From Eledone cirrhosa (taxonomy: Eukaryota): 64,000 nt of DNA. Where the stretch lies: positions 81,344,001 to 81,408,000 of the forward strand of contig OZ024746.1 in NCBI GenBank assembly GCA_964016885.1, in the 5' to 3' direction. Both the position numbers and the translations under genes were made by a program. A model generated the notes under the pieces. The model did no database searches and had not been told where the DNA came from. It worked only from the letters and a program-made list of their open reading frames with translations. Shown here piece after piece: positions 1 through 13,552 of this stretch (positions within the stretch are counted from its first letter, which is position 1; every line of letters starts with the position of its first letter).

Positions 1-935
1 ACAAGATATAGTCACACCATGGTCATAAAAAAGTACAAGTATCACACCACCATTACATAAGTGCAGATGTTATATCAGTGATATATCAGTAGATATAAAT
101 CTGTGTTTTGGTTATGTAATAGTAGATATAATATTACAATAGTAACATAGTAATTTGCATTTCATGAGACTATTAATCTCAGCTGTTGTGTTTTCAAATT
201 GATTTATTCTTTAGCTCCAGTGCTGTTAAACCAGTTCAACCATTGCTCAAGGCTATGTGTGTAAGTAACATTGTGATGCTTGAATATCAAAGTATGACAG
301 AATATACAAATTGAAACAAAAGCAAAAAATAAAGATGATGCTAGTTAGGCAAATATACACATCTCTAGTAATAAGAAGTTTATTAGATGTAATTATAGTT
401 CCAGACAATCTGCTGCACTATTAATTATTGAATAACTGGAGTGGGATTTACAAGGTAAATAAAACTAATAACTAATACCTTAAATTCTGTTCTAACCATT
501 TCCACAAAGAGGGATAAATGATCCTTAGTATTGAAGCAAGGCATTTCCATATGAATGAGGAATAAAAAGTTAATTTAAACACGAAATGTGAGGAAACACT
601 TATTTCAAACTAAAACTGATAACTTTAATTAGTGGATGGAAGAATCAAAATAAAGCTGCATCAGATAGAGTACTTATAATTACTGTTTGGATATGACTAA
701 TTAAAATGTTCCAGGAATACTTGATGTTTTTACATTGACTTTATTCTCTCTAGCCACAGTTGTTCACAGAAGAAATACTTTTGTAAACTTTGAATTATAT
801 TCAATTCAACAGAATATTAATTAAAGTTTAAACTGCCTAATGCCAATTGACTCATGGCAACCGTTCTAATTAGTGAATTACCTTGGGATTTATTCTGCAC
901 TATGCAACACAATAAATAAAAGTCTGTCTGTTAAC

Positions 936-1177
936 TTGACCCTTTTGATACCAAACTGCATGAAACTACCCCTGGTACTATAACACAAAGCTGTAAAGTG
1001 TTAAATTGCCTAAAAACCTTCCATTATGATTTATGTAAGAATCTTTATGTTCGAAACTCCTGCTTCATTATAAGAAAGTTAGTTATATTATTAAATCTCT
1101 CTTAATTCTTGATGATTTTCAAAATTATTTGAAGAGCATAGTCTATCTCCTTAGAAATATGGTAATAAAAGGATTAA
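936..1177 (+). mobile_element. piggyBac-type MITE, family B (older)
   Basis: CCCTTTTGATACCAA ... AGAAATATGGTAATAAAAGGA|TTAA. Matches the copies at 3272, 23743, 24756 and about 34590. Confidence 0.7.
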
Positions 1178-1423
1178 ATTACCATCACAGTAAACTGCTT
1201 CTAAGCTCCTGGAAAGTCATATATGCAATGTAGTTTCAGTTCCCATTTGAGTTACATATCTTAGTTCCTTCCGCATACCTTTTTCTTTGATTAAGACAAC
1301 TGATGCTTCTCACTCACAAGTGTTCAGCATTGCAAGATGAGTTTTTGTTGATAGATTTTCAATATCATTAACAAATGAAATTTACACACATACAGATAGA
1401 TAGATAGATAGATGGATAGATAG

Positions 1424-1716
1424 TTAAATTTCTTTATTAGCCACAAGGGCACAAATACAAATGGGGAGTTTACATACAGGTATATGAAAATAAAACTATT
1501 AATAAAATAACAAATAACAATTGAAATCCCCAATAGGGAGGAGGCGTTACACAGGGGTTGTACACACCCCGAAAAAATGTACAACCCTCATCTCCAGGAG
1601 CACCAAGAGTGAGTACTCCCTTCCTCTCTTTCCTCAATCTACAGGCTTATATAGAGAGAAGGCTCAACCACTCGGGACATCTTTGCCACATTCACCCACC
1701 TTTTATAAAATTTGCT
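1424..1716 (-). mobile_element. Probable LINE 3' end (L1/Tx1-like) inserted in (GATA)n
   Basis: Minus strand has ANFIKRWVNVAKMSRV...* then a 3'UTR ending AATAAAGAAATTTAAC. (TAGA)n tracts lie on both sides. Confidence 0.45.
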
Positions 1717-3271
1717 AGATAGATAGATAGATACACACATATGTATATAATACACATGCATGTAGATTCACTTACAAATATGTAATGGGCACATTTTTTT
1801 TCACATACACATCTGCAGACATACACAGGCACAAACACATTATGCACATATATATACATATGTGCACACAAACACAGGGATGGGTGGAAGAGAGAAATAG
1901 ATAAATAAACAAACTAAGATAGCTGGTGTTTTAAAGAAAGTTTTAAAAGAGATTGACTTCTAATACCCTGTACCAAATAAAACCACATTAGCAAGACGTT
2001 CTTGGAAAGTACAAACCAGCACTATGACAAGATCACATCAAAAAATAAAATCTATAGTTTACTTCAAATTTTCACAACCATCTGTTCACTAGAAAAAATA
2101 CTACAAATATTTGAAATAACAAACTAACTTTTAGATATTTTCTGCTACATCATTACAGTGTTTTAAGAGTTGAGGAGAAAGAGAATAATGTTATAATTTA
2201 AAAGAAAAATGTTTCAAAACATTCAACCTAAACTGTTCCACCATCCCAACTCCATTGAAAGTGTCAGTCTTTCTCCATTTCCTTTCTGAAATCACTTTAT
2301 GCCAGCAGTGGCTTATCAATTGTGATTTTTTTTTCTTTTGTGAATTATTGGGGGATGAATCTGGATTTCATTAACTTTCACACATACTATATCACTGCAG
2401 ACACACACATACATATAAATGATTAAAAACAAAATAAAGGCTACAAAATTCCAGCAAAAATAAATAAAATACCAATAATGAATGAATAAATCAATAAACA
2501 AATAAAAGATTTTACTTAGATATTCAGCTTCATAAGATTAATGACAGGATTAAAACATATACAACCTTCTCTTGGATTAGACATCATTCTATACAAGTAA
2601 AATTCCTCTATGTTTGCATTCTCCCCCACAGCAAGTGGGGGAGAATGCAAATATTTTCATTTTGGATTCCAGTTATTTAATTTCCAAAAGAATCATACAA
2701 ATTTATAGTGTATAAAACTAAAATATATATTGGGTCAAACTGCAACAAACATTTATTACAATTTTAATACATTTTAGTAGAAGATATTTCTTACATATCT
2801 TAAGGAGCTATTCTTCTAATTCTTACATTGCATGTAAATAGATATTCCAGAAGTTTAGAACACTGCTGATATAGTATGAACAGGTATGGATTTCAGTAAT
2901 CAGTCATGCAAATAAATGTTAATAACAGAAGGGATATCTAATTAGGGGAAAATCTTGAGCTACTTTAAAATGTTTGTTCTACTTAATATCATAATTAATT
3001 AACAGCCTGTGTTCTCTTAAACATTTCATGTACTTTATTTTCTTGTTAGGTAATAGAAGTGGCCAGTAAATCTACATCCAAATATTATTGGGCTTGTTAA
3101 AAACAGGATTAGTGAAATTAACAGTTTTATAGTTTCTAACTGAATAGCCATTTATCCAATCTGTGGTAGTTGAAATTAAAATATTCATTAAACATCTGAA
3201 AATAATTGAATGAAATTGGTAAAGTAGAAAAGAAACAAAATAAAACAAATTCTTTGAATAAAGTTTTCAAA

Positions 3272-3514
3272 TTAACCCTTTCATACCAAGCTGCTAGAAA
3301 CTACTCTTGATTCTCTGATACAAAACTATTTTAAAGTATTTATATTTATCTAAAACTATTATTTCATTAATGAACTTTTCTTAAGTTATGATCCAAACAC
3401 CAGCTAAATAATGGGGAAGGTTCGTTGTATTACTAAGTCTTAATTATTTTCGAAATTAATTGAAAATCATAGGCGGTTTTTTTTTCATTAAAAATATGGT
3501 AGTGAATGGGTTAA
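3272..3514 (+). mobile_element. piggyBac-type MITE, family B
   Basis: TTAA|CCCTTTCATACCAA ... AAATATGGTAGTGAATGGG|TTAA. Confidence 0.75.
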
Positions 3515-4934
3515 ACTTATTATACCAATAAGCTACCCAACAGCTGTTAAAAACATCAGTGGTTACAAATCAAAGATCTAAGTATGTAAATGTTGGGTAG
3601 GAATCTTCATGATAGTGCTTGAAAATGCAATCAGATATGTAAATGTGATGATGACTAAACTTATGTCAATTACTAATTTTTCAATAATTACCTACAAGCT
3701 AAATTTGGTAATATATGAAATTTATCATTAAATTATAAAAAGAATTAAACACAAACTTAATTTATAAATCAAGTAAAAGTTTGGTATAATTAAATCTAAG
3801 TACAAATAGTTTAAATAAAAAGTAAATATATTTGATTTAAAGCTGTTTGAGTAGGGTAGTCCATGTTCTACCCCACCCCACCTCTTTAAAAAAAAAAAGA
3901 TTTGCAGTATTCCACAGAAATACTTTCTCAGAAGAGGAAAAAATACATGGAGAATATTCTGAAAGTGGAATTTTTAGGTTAAGAAAATATTGTTTCCTTT
4001 TCTTTCTCTCCCTCTCACATACACATGCTCAAAGTTAAATAACTACCATAAACACTACCAAGTTAGCACTGATTTGATATATTACAGTTGTCTGTAATAA
4101 GTTCTATGGGTGGCTAAAATATTTTTAACATCTATGAAAATGTTACAACTAGTTGATCCCTTAAACACTAGGTTTTCTTTCTGGTTCCCCACAAAGATCA
4201 ACCTTTTTTTAAACTTTATTCACAAAAGATGAACCCTATATTGCAAAAGAATGAAAGTTTGTCAAAATTTCATAGTATAATGACTGATTACAGAGGTGAA
4301 CCATTCTTCTCTACAGTACCTATCTGCATGGACAAGAAATATCAGATTATACTAATTTCTTCTAACAGGAGTTGTAATGAATTTCCCATATTATCTCAAT
4401 GAAAGATACCAGATATTAAATACACACTAAAAGATATCCATATTGTGCTCAGCAGGAAAATCATCCAGAGTGAAAAAAATATGTTAAAAACAATAAGAGT
4501 GATTTGCCACAAGTTTAAATTTGAGATGTTATGTGATGTCAAACACAGTTAGGAAGACCTAAGCAAGTATGGAAAATAGGCATTAACTGAAATAATAATT
4601 TCATTTTATTAATATCATCATCATCACCGTTTAACATCCATTTATCCATGATGCATGAGTTAGACGGGTCATCCATGCTGGGAGACAAGTCTGGCCAGGG
4701 TTGGCCATGTGTTGCACCTTGCTCTGGTGAGGACTGTAAATTTGGCTGGGTATTTTAAGAACTGGATTCCCTTCCTAACACCAAACCACGTTTACAGTGC
4801 GGAACTGGAAGGCACCATTATGAGGAGGGATAGGCCAGTTGGCCGTGCTGAACCCATCTCACAATGGAACCATATTTTCGTAGTCCGACACATCACACAG
4901 TGAAACCATAGTAAGTGTGTATATATATATATAT

Positions 4935-6478
4935 ATCATCATCATCACTGTTTTACGTCCGTTCTTCCATGCTAGCATGGGTAAGACGGGTTGTCCTGTT
5001 GTGGGCAGTGTCTGGTCGGCTGACCATGCCTTGCTCATACAGGAACTGATTTTGGCTTGATTTCTACAGCTGGATGCCCTTCCTAACACCAACCTCATTT
5101 ACAGTGAGTGCTGGGTGCTTTTTTCCATGGCACCTACACGTCCACTTTACAGTGTGGGCTGGGTGCTTTTTTGCCGTGGCACCTCCACGACCACTTTGCA
5201 GTGGGTGTGGGGGCATATTGTCTATATGCTTCAGCTTGTACCCATGGGAGGTCGGGTACTCTGTATTACTGCGTGACGCCAGAGGTCACGGTCATGTGCC
5301 ATCGCCTTTGAGAGGTGTAATTGAGTAAGGTCGGCTTTTATCACCTCATCCCAGGTCTTCTTGGGTCTCCCCACTCCGCTGTTTCCATTGACTTCTAGTG
5401 CTCTGCACCTTTTTATGCAGCTGTTATCCTTCATACGCATCACATGTCCATACCAATGCAACCGCCTCTCCTGCACACAGCATTTGATTCCTCTTATGCT
5501 CAGTCTCTCTCTCAATTCATTTATGCTTTGCCGTTTGCGTATATTACTATTACACATCCATCGGAGCATGCAGGCTCGTTTCTTTCTAATCTACATAAGT
5601 CTTCCACCTTCAGCACCCAGGTCTCACTACCATGTAACATTGCTGTTCGTATACACGCATCATACAGTCTGCCTTTCATTTTGAGGGAAAAGCCTTTTGC
5701 AGCTAGCAGTAGCAGTAGTTCCCTGAACTTCTTCCATCCCGTTCTTACCTTAGTTATTGTACTTTCTGAACACCCACCTCCGCTGCTAATTCGGTCACCT
5801 AGGTAGCAGAAGCTGTCTACTGTTTCTACAGAGCCCTCCCAGAGATTGGTGGTACTTGTTTCCTGTGGCTGTTTGCTGCTTGCTGTCCCAGCACAGCTGC
5901 TACATGTGAAGCCTACATTCTTAATTAAGCTTCATGAGATCCCGCTACATCTCTTGTGTACCCATTATTTGCATTTGGGGCAGAGAATGGAGTTCCTACC
6001 TACACCTTTCCTACATACTGAGCAAGGCCATTTCCCTGAGGGGATCTGGGTTCTGTTTTCTAGTCTACTTACAAGGACCTTAGTCTTTGTCAGGTTGACT
6101 TTGAGACCCTTTCTTTCTAGTCCCTGCTTCCAAGTTTGGAATTTCTTCTCTAGTTCTACCATAGATTCAGCTATAAGTGCGAGGTCATCTGCATACAGGA
6201 GTTCCCATGGGTATCCGGTCTTAAACTCCTCCGTTATTGCCTGCAGGACTATGATGAACAGGAGAGGGCTAAGAACAGAGCCCTGGTGGACACCAACCTG
6301 TATGCTAAATTCCTCGCTATACTCATTGCTGATCCTAACTTTGCTGACTGCTCCCCTATACATGGCTTGTACAGCTTTCACAAGCCATTCATCTACTCCT
6401 AGTTTTCTAAGAGCCCACCAGATTATAGCACGGGGAACTCTGTCAAAGGCTTTCTCGAGATCGACGAATGCCAGGTAG

Positions 6479-6480
<2 letters not shown>
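4935..6480 (-). mobile_element. 5'-truncated RTE-clade LINE (RT remnant with PHD insertion, 3'UTR, (TGA)n tail)
   Basis: Translation LYLAFVDLEKAFDRVPR...GVHQGSVLSPLLF...LLYADDLAL...KVNLTKTK...FCYLG...RRLHWYGHVMRM...GRPKKTW, with in-frame stops. The 3' end runs into TGATGATGAT. Flanked by (TA)n and (GA)n. Confidence 0.92.
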
Positions 6481-6539
<59 letters not shown>

Positions 6540-7221
6540 TAAATATGTAAATAAATCATATAAGTGCTAAGAGAGTTATGAACCTTAGTAAAGTAAATGG
6601 CTCTTTTGACAATGAAAATAGTCAAACAAGTAGGATACAAGCCCCCAGAGACAAATATAGTGGACAGCACTACCTATAGATTTTAGAAAAATTGATGCTG
6701 GAGGTAAACATACTGTAGTGGTCCAACAAATGAAGTAGATTTATTTGAGAACTGAAAGAAACTAAATCATGGTTTCATTTTAACATTGTATCACGTAGAC
6801 TGTTAATATAATACAACTGTAGCTATTATTAAGGCTAGGCATGAAATCTTAGAAGAGAAGAGAAATAAATATAGACATATAGTGACTTAGCATTTTACTT
6901 CTCTTGACAAAGAATTAATCTCAAGTCACTAATTCCATACACCACAAATGTACCAATGTACCAAATGCCCACAAATAATATTTAATGTATATATGTCTAG
7001 CTTTTTTTCTTTTCAATGTAAAACCTTAGTAACAAAAACAAAAAAAAACTGACCAAATATTTTTAGAAAGTCCACTACAAATTGCAGTACTATAAAATAA
7101 TTTCTTTAAGACACTTGCTCTGTGTGTTCTTATGATATAATTAATAGCATTCACTCTTCTAATTGACAGGATTTGCAATTACAATAGCTGTGTGAAGTGT
7201 TAGTGTTCATTATTAAGGTTT

Positions 7222-7335
7222 TTCAAATCCCGCCGAGGTTAACTTTGCCTTTCATCCTTATGGGGTCGATAAAATAAAGTACCAGTAATGTACTGCGGAA
7301 TTTCTGGCCTTGTGCCTAAAGTAGAAACAATTATT
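7222..7335 (+). mobile_element. SINE family S1, 5'-truncated (further piece at about 7850-7926)
   Basis: TTCAAATCCCGCCGAGGTTAACTTTGCCTTTCATCC...GTAGAAACAATTATTA. Confidence 0.8.
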
Positions 7336-9224
7336 AAGGTTTTAACTCATTCACAAGAGACACAACAAGAAATATTAGTTTGATATTCGCCAACAAAAAG
7401 AATTTTAATAACCTTGAGCTTACTCCTGCAGCAAGAGCAATAGCTAATTTAGATATGGTATACAGTCTACAGTCTACAGTCTACAGTATACAGTCTACTA
7501 TCAAAGTAGCAACAGAAATGGTAGAGTGAAGTAGTTTAGATAACGTATAGTATTATAAAATTCAATAAAATACTCTATATATTCAACAATGGTTTTGTAA
7601 CAATGTACATAAAAGCACCAAGTTGAGAAGCTAGTTATTGTTTAGTTTCAGTTCAGCTGAACATTACAACCAAGATCATTTTATGTTTGTGTATCAGAGA
7701 CTAACTACATTCACCTATCATTCTTTTAAAGAGAGTAGAGTGAAATTTAAAGGAGATTTGTGCTTCTATTTCTTATACATCACAGAACGTCCGTTAGTTT
7801 GGAGATTGGGAGAGGGAGCTTAAGTATATATACTGTACATGTCTATTAGGAGTTGATAAAATAAAGTACCACTAATGCACTGAAGTAATTGCTGGCCTTG
7901 TGCCAAAAGTAGAAACAATTATTATTAGCTCACGTTCGTTTTTATCACCAATACGAGACTAAGAAAGAAATTAAAAACATGACCATACTAACATGATTAG
8001 AGTCAATAGAAAATCAGTGTAGTAACAACCAAAGCACAATTATAGTGAAACAAAACATTGGAGAGGCTTAAATCACTAAAACCCTTTAACGCCGAAAAGA
8101 CTTGCGTCAAACGACACAGAAAGAAGTTGATTCTTCATTGAGTCGGCTAGGATGAGGTAAAATGTCTTTCTACGTAGAATGGTGGAACAAATAATAGTCT
8201 GTTTAACTGCATGGTCAACATAAACATTTATAGGGTTAAAATAAATGTTTTTTTTTAGAAATATGTACAGGCAAATTTGGCAATAAGATACTTGGCTGAA
8301 GAACAAGGTCTACAGAAGTAAATAGAAATCCAGCCCATGTCAGTTCTGCTTAGCTAATCAGAGAACAACAACATTGTAAACGCATAAAGCCTGAAACACC
8401 CTCATATAATAATAACGAGTAACGATTAAGTAACCATTATATTCGTTACCAATAGGTGTAGACCATCAGTCTATTTCTATTTAGGAGAGTTAAAAATAAA
8501 TTACCATAAAGTAATCAAAAGTAAAATTAAAAAAATATATATATAATAGTTTTTTGACACTAATTCTATTAACTAATAAAGAAAGTGTTAAGTTTTGACA
8601 ACACGGCAGCAGGAACATATTGCAGAGTTTTGTCTTTTAACTCTTTCAGAATGATGAAAATCCATTGAAAGGGGAAGAAATCTGAAAACAAATTTGAGGC
8701 CTTGATTTGGCAGAAAGTCAAACAAACATTTTTTCTCAACCACCTGTTTTTATTTATTTATTTACTTGGCTGTTATTTATGTTTTTGTTTTGTTATTTTT
8801 GTTGTTGTTTTTTTACAATTGTTTGTTTTCTTTGCGTTCCCCAAAATATAATGTTACACCTGTTTTTAATTTTAAAATAATAATAATAATAATAATAAAT
8901 AAATGAAAATAAAACATCTCCAGGATTTTATTTCTGTTTTCAGTTTTATCTGTTTGATATCAGGTCAACAAGCAACAGGCTGTCTCCGTTGACACTTAGC
9001 TACAGACATTTGCTTGGCTGGTTTCGCTCTGTTCCTCCGCACAACTCAACTCTCTCTCTCTCGCACACGCATACATACATGTACGCACACAGATATACAC
9101 ACACTGTACACCGGATATATTGGAGTAAGGGAGAGCAGAAGTTAAGTTTCGTAAACACAGTATTTCAAAGTAAGTTTTACAGGTGACCCTGTTTACATTC
9201 AGATGCGTATGCATGCACGCCCGT

Positions 9225-9340
<116 letters not shown>

Positions 9341-9594
9341 CTCTGCTATATAACAGAGCAGCAGCAGTGGTGATTAAGTGATTAAGATTTTAGGTGGAAG
9401 GTAGGGGCTGGACAAGAGATTGCTTCACACACGAAGCAGACATTGAGTAAAGATTTATGGGAGACAAAGAGGGAAGTAAACACAGAAATATATTAACAAC
9501 AGCCCACTATTAATTAAGTGGCTCCATTATTACCAACGCGTTTTTTCAATATATATATAAAAATATACATACGCACACATACATGTATGTATTC

Positions 9595-9640
<46 letters not shown>

Positions 9641-9669
9641 TACATACGCACACATACATGTATGTATTC

Positions 9670-9713
<44 letters not shown>

Positions 9714-9808
9714 TACATACGCACACATACATGTATGTATTCGGTTTATATATATATATATATAATTTAGAAAACAGGAAAGAAACACGAACACAAGGAC
9801 AAACTTTT

Positions 9809-9840
<32 letters not shown>

Positions 9841-9846
9841 CATTTT

Positions 9847-9883
<37 letters not shown>

Positions 9884-10244
9884 ATATATGTAAAGGTTTG
9901 ATTATAATTGCTTGTGTGCAAATAACTGCGCTGTTCCTTGCCTACTCCCTGCTTGTTCAATTAAATTATGTGGCAAAGTTGAATCTGACAGAAGCTAAGA
10001 AAACCTTTCCAGGTGTGCCAATGGGAGTAGAGAGAGGGGGAAGGAAAGGTGTGTGAGTATATATGCGAGAGAGAGGGAGGGATGCAGACAAACATTAATA
10101 TCACATTAAGTGTATGTAACAAGCTAAACTATAAAAGTAATAACACTGATAAACTAAAACACAAATTCCGTAGCATATATTAAAATGTTAGATGCATGTG
10201 TTCATGTATATCTGCATGTATATAGACATGGTTTGTATGTATGT

Positions 10245-10277
<33 letters not shown>

Positions 10278-10339
10278 CATATATATATATATATACAATA
10301 TATTAACAAATGAAAACTATATTTAAAAAACCATATTTA

Positions 10340-10401
10340 TTTCATTATAGATATTTCAAGGGCCACCAAAGCAGATTATGGTGCGCTTTCATCAGATAAA
10401 A
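10340..10401 (-). ncRNA. Minimal type I hammerhead ribozyme motif (family H1), within an element spanning about 10297-10560
   Basis: TTTTAT-CTGATGA-AAGCGCACCA(loop)TGGTGGCCCTT-GAAA-T-ATCT-A-TA|ATGAAA. Stem I TTTTAT/ATGAAA and all core nucleotides present. Confidence 0.65.
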
Positions 10402-10554
10402 TATAATATAGATGAGTTTTATAAATAAATATTGACATACCCTGAAAAAATGCAACCTTCACGGTTGGAGTCTCCTGTATAGTGGAGATAATAGATTTAT
10501 TGTTGGTTTAGTATGAAAATTAGTGTCGGAAAGGTTTAAATAACAGTATATTTA

Positions 10555-10588
<34 letters not shown>

Positions 10589-10597
10589 CATATATAT

Positions 10598-10712
10598 ATG
10601 AAAAATATGGGGAGAAGAATACTGCATGGTTGCACATGGATTACATATTATAAAATTAGTCCCTCATCAGTGATTTGCCAACGATCATTGGTATTTCATC
10701 GCATTAAAAATC
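10598..10712 (-). repeat. About 110-bp TA-embedded interspersed repeat (second copy 21801-21899, opposite strand)
   Basis: ATGAAATACCAATGAT(C/G)GTTGGCAAATCACTGATGAGGGACTAATTTTATA..ATGTAA..CATGTGCAACCA.GCAGT shared by both copies. Confidence 0.8.
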
Positions 10713-10856
10713 CATATATATATATATATACATACATATATATATACATATATATATATATATACATACATATATATATACATATATATACATATATATA
10801 TATACATATATATACATATATATATATATATACATACATATATCTACATACATATA

Positions 10857-10897
<41 letters not shown>

Positions 10898-11051
10898 ACA
10901 TATATATACATACATATATCTACATATATATATATATACATATATATATACATATATACATATATATATACATATATATACATATATATATACATATATA
11001 TACATATATACATACATATATACATACATACATATCATCATACATACATAC

Positions 11052-11084
<33 letters not shown>

Positions 11085-11114
11085 CATACATATGGATTCA
11101 ACATACATACATAT

Positions 11115-13552
11115 GACGGATTCAACAGACAAGCTAATTGGCTAAAAGAACTGGAACAGGACTACTGCCAATATGTCCAGACAAAACAATATGACATAGA
11201 TGGGTCAATACTGGAAACAGCTCTACAGAAAATGTCGAATAGGAAATCGCCAGGCCCAGACCTCATTACAGGATACTGGTTGAAGAATTTCACTTTCTAT
11301 CGGCAAGATCTCATACGGCTGTTTACAGAAACCATTAAAGGCACACAAGAACTGCCCAGATGGTTATCAACTGCCATTACTCTCCTCATTCTCCAAAATA
11401 GCCAAACCACCCTTGCTAAAAATTACCGCCCAATAGCCTACCAAAACATCATGTATAAATTATATACTGGGTGCCTTAACCTGTTCTTACAGGATCACTG
11501 TGCTACCAACAACATCATAACACCTGAGCAAGCTGGTGGAAAGAGGGGGGTGTGGGGTTGCATAGATCACCTACTAACCAACAAAATGATTCAGGAAAAA
11601 ACAACAAAGAATCGCAGAAACATGACTGTGGTGTGGCTGGACTATCAAAAAGCATTTGATAGTGTACCTCATGGGTGGATTATTAAGGCTTTACAGTTAG
11701 CTAAATCCCACAACCATTGGTAGCTGCTGTTGAACGTCTGACCAAGAACTGGTACACCAATTTGATCCTTAGAGGTGAGAAGGAGCAAGTTAAGACTGAT
11801 AAGATACATTACCAGAAGGGCATCTTTCAGGGTGATAGCTTGTCAGTGCTACTCTTCGTTCTCTCACTGAATCCACTATCTTACCTACTCAGGAAACAAG
11901 GTGGACAAAGAAGTGGGCCCAGAAGTATCTCCCATCTTTTCTTTGTTGATGACCTGAAGTTGTATGGGCCAAATATCAATGACATCAAGAAACAATTGGA
12001 CCTCATTACACAATTTTCAACCGACATCAAAATGAAATTTGGTGAGTCCAAGTGTGCATATTTGGCAGTAAAACGTGGAAGAGCTGTGCCCTCCTCTAGA
12101 AATCTAGAGATGAACGGCCTGACAATACAACCTCTGCAGTCAGGTGACAACTACAGATATCTTGGACAGGATGAGAATGTCAGATATGATGGACCCATAA
12201 ATAAGGAGAGAACCAGAACTGAATACCTCAGACGAGTAAAGAAAATATGGTCATCATAACTGTCAGCGTACAACAAATACATTGTCCCCAATACTTATGC
12301 TGTGCCAATTCTAACGCCAACATTTAGCCTGCTGAAATGGTCATTGCAAGAACTAAGTGAGATGGATGTTAGAACTCGAAAACTTCTCAGTGTTACTGGG
12401 AACTTTAACATCAATGGTGATGTGGATAGGCTATACTTCTCACGCAAGGAAGGTGGCCGGGGTCTAAAATCAATATTAACAACATATGAGACCCAGATAG
12501 TAACACTGAAGCAACACCTTCAACAGAGGAAAAAGGTTGGCAACCATCTTGCCCAGGTTTATGAGCATGAAAAAAAAAATATCATTAGAATAGCGACTGA
12601 TCTGGAGGAGAGATATGGAATAAAGCCTGATATAAATCTCTCACCCAGAGAAATCGGAAGATCCTATTCAATGTTCAAACACGATGAAAAAATTGACCAA
12701 TTTACAGAAAAAGTTGTGCATGGATACTTGAGGCGTAAAACACAGACCATAGAGGGGATAAACCACTCAAAAAGCCTGGCATGGAGTTCCGACAAGTTTG
12801 TGACATCACACCTTGAGGGATATCTCTATGCAATACAGGAACAAAAACTCCCTACCAAATATCTGCTGCACAAAAGAGGAGGGACAGCAGCTGACAATAA
12901 ATGTAGGCTATGTAAAACAAAGATCGAGGATGTAAGCCACATTGTTGCCAGCTGCGAAAGAATGTCATCTCGCTACTACCTCCCCATGAGACACGATGGG
13001 ATAGCTAGAACCATCTGGAACGCACTTCGGAAAACAAAATTAACAACAAACGAGGAGGAATATATTGAGACAGATGGCACTAAGGAATACTGGTGGAACC
13101 TGAAAATAAAAACTGCCACCAAATTAAAGCACAACCGGCCTGATATTGTTGTTTGGGACCACACATTGAAAACGTGTTCTGTTGTGGAGATCAGCTGCCC
13201 ACTTGATGTAAACATTGTCAGAAAAATACAGGAGAAGGAGGACATCTACGGACCATTGATGAGGAGTTTACAAATCCAGTATCCAAGATACACCTTTAGC
13301 TTCATACCCATCATTATTGGAGCTACAGGTTATATACCAACCCGCTTAGACCAAAGTATGACTGAACTTGGATTTGCGGACAAAAAGCACAGCTCCCTAA
13401 TTCATAGTCTACAAATGGCTGCGATAGCTGGCACCTTCAAAATTTGCAAAACATTCTTGCGATTCAAGGGATGACAATTTCTTTTCTTTTACAACCTTGC
13501 CACCAGGAGGTGGCCGGTCAAAAAAATATACTCGAAATTAAGAGAAAGAGAT
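11115..13552 (+). mobile_element. 5'-truncated R4/Dong-like LINE with restriction-like endonuclease (RLE)
   Basis: RT motifs [52 protein letters not shown] knuckle CRLC...H...C, RHD, and RLE PD..(E)xxxP / KxxxY (HNRPDIVVWD...VEISCP...KEDIY). One frameshift near 11710 and a stop at 12257-12259. Confidence 0.92.

Noticed and set aside
5846-6478. 210-aa plus-strand ORF (also 5361, 5444, 11881, 12976, 26085, 26095, 51788)
   Set aside because: Antisense shadows of LINE RT or of the YAP exon.
9559-9765. CRISPR-like repeat-spacer appearance
   Set aside because: Eukaryotic context, spacers are (TA)n, and there are no cas genes.
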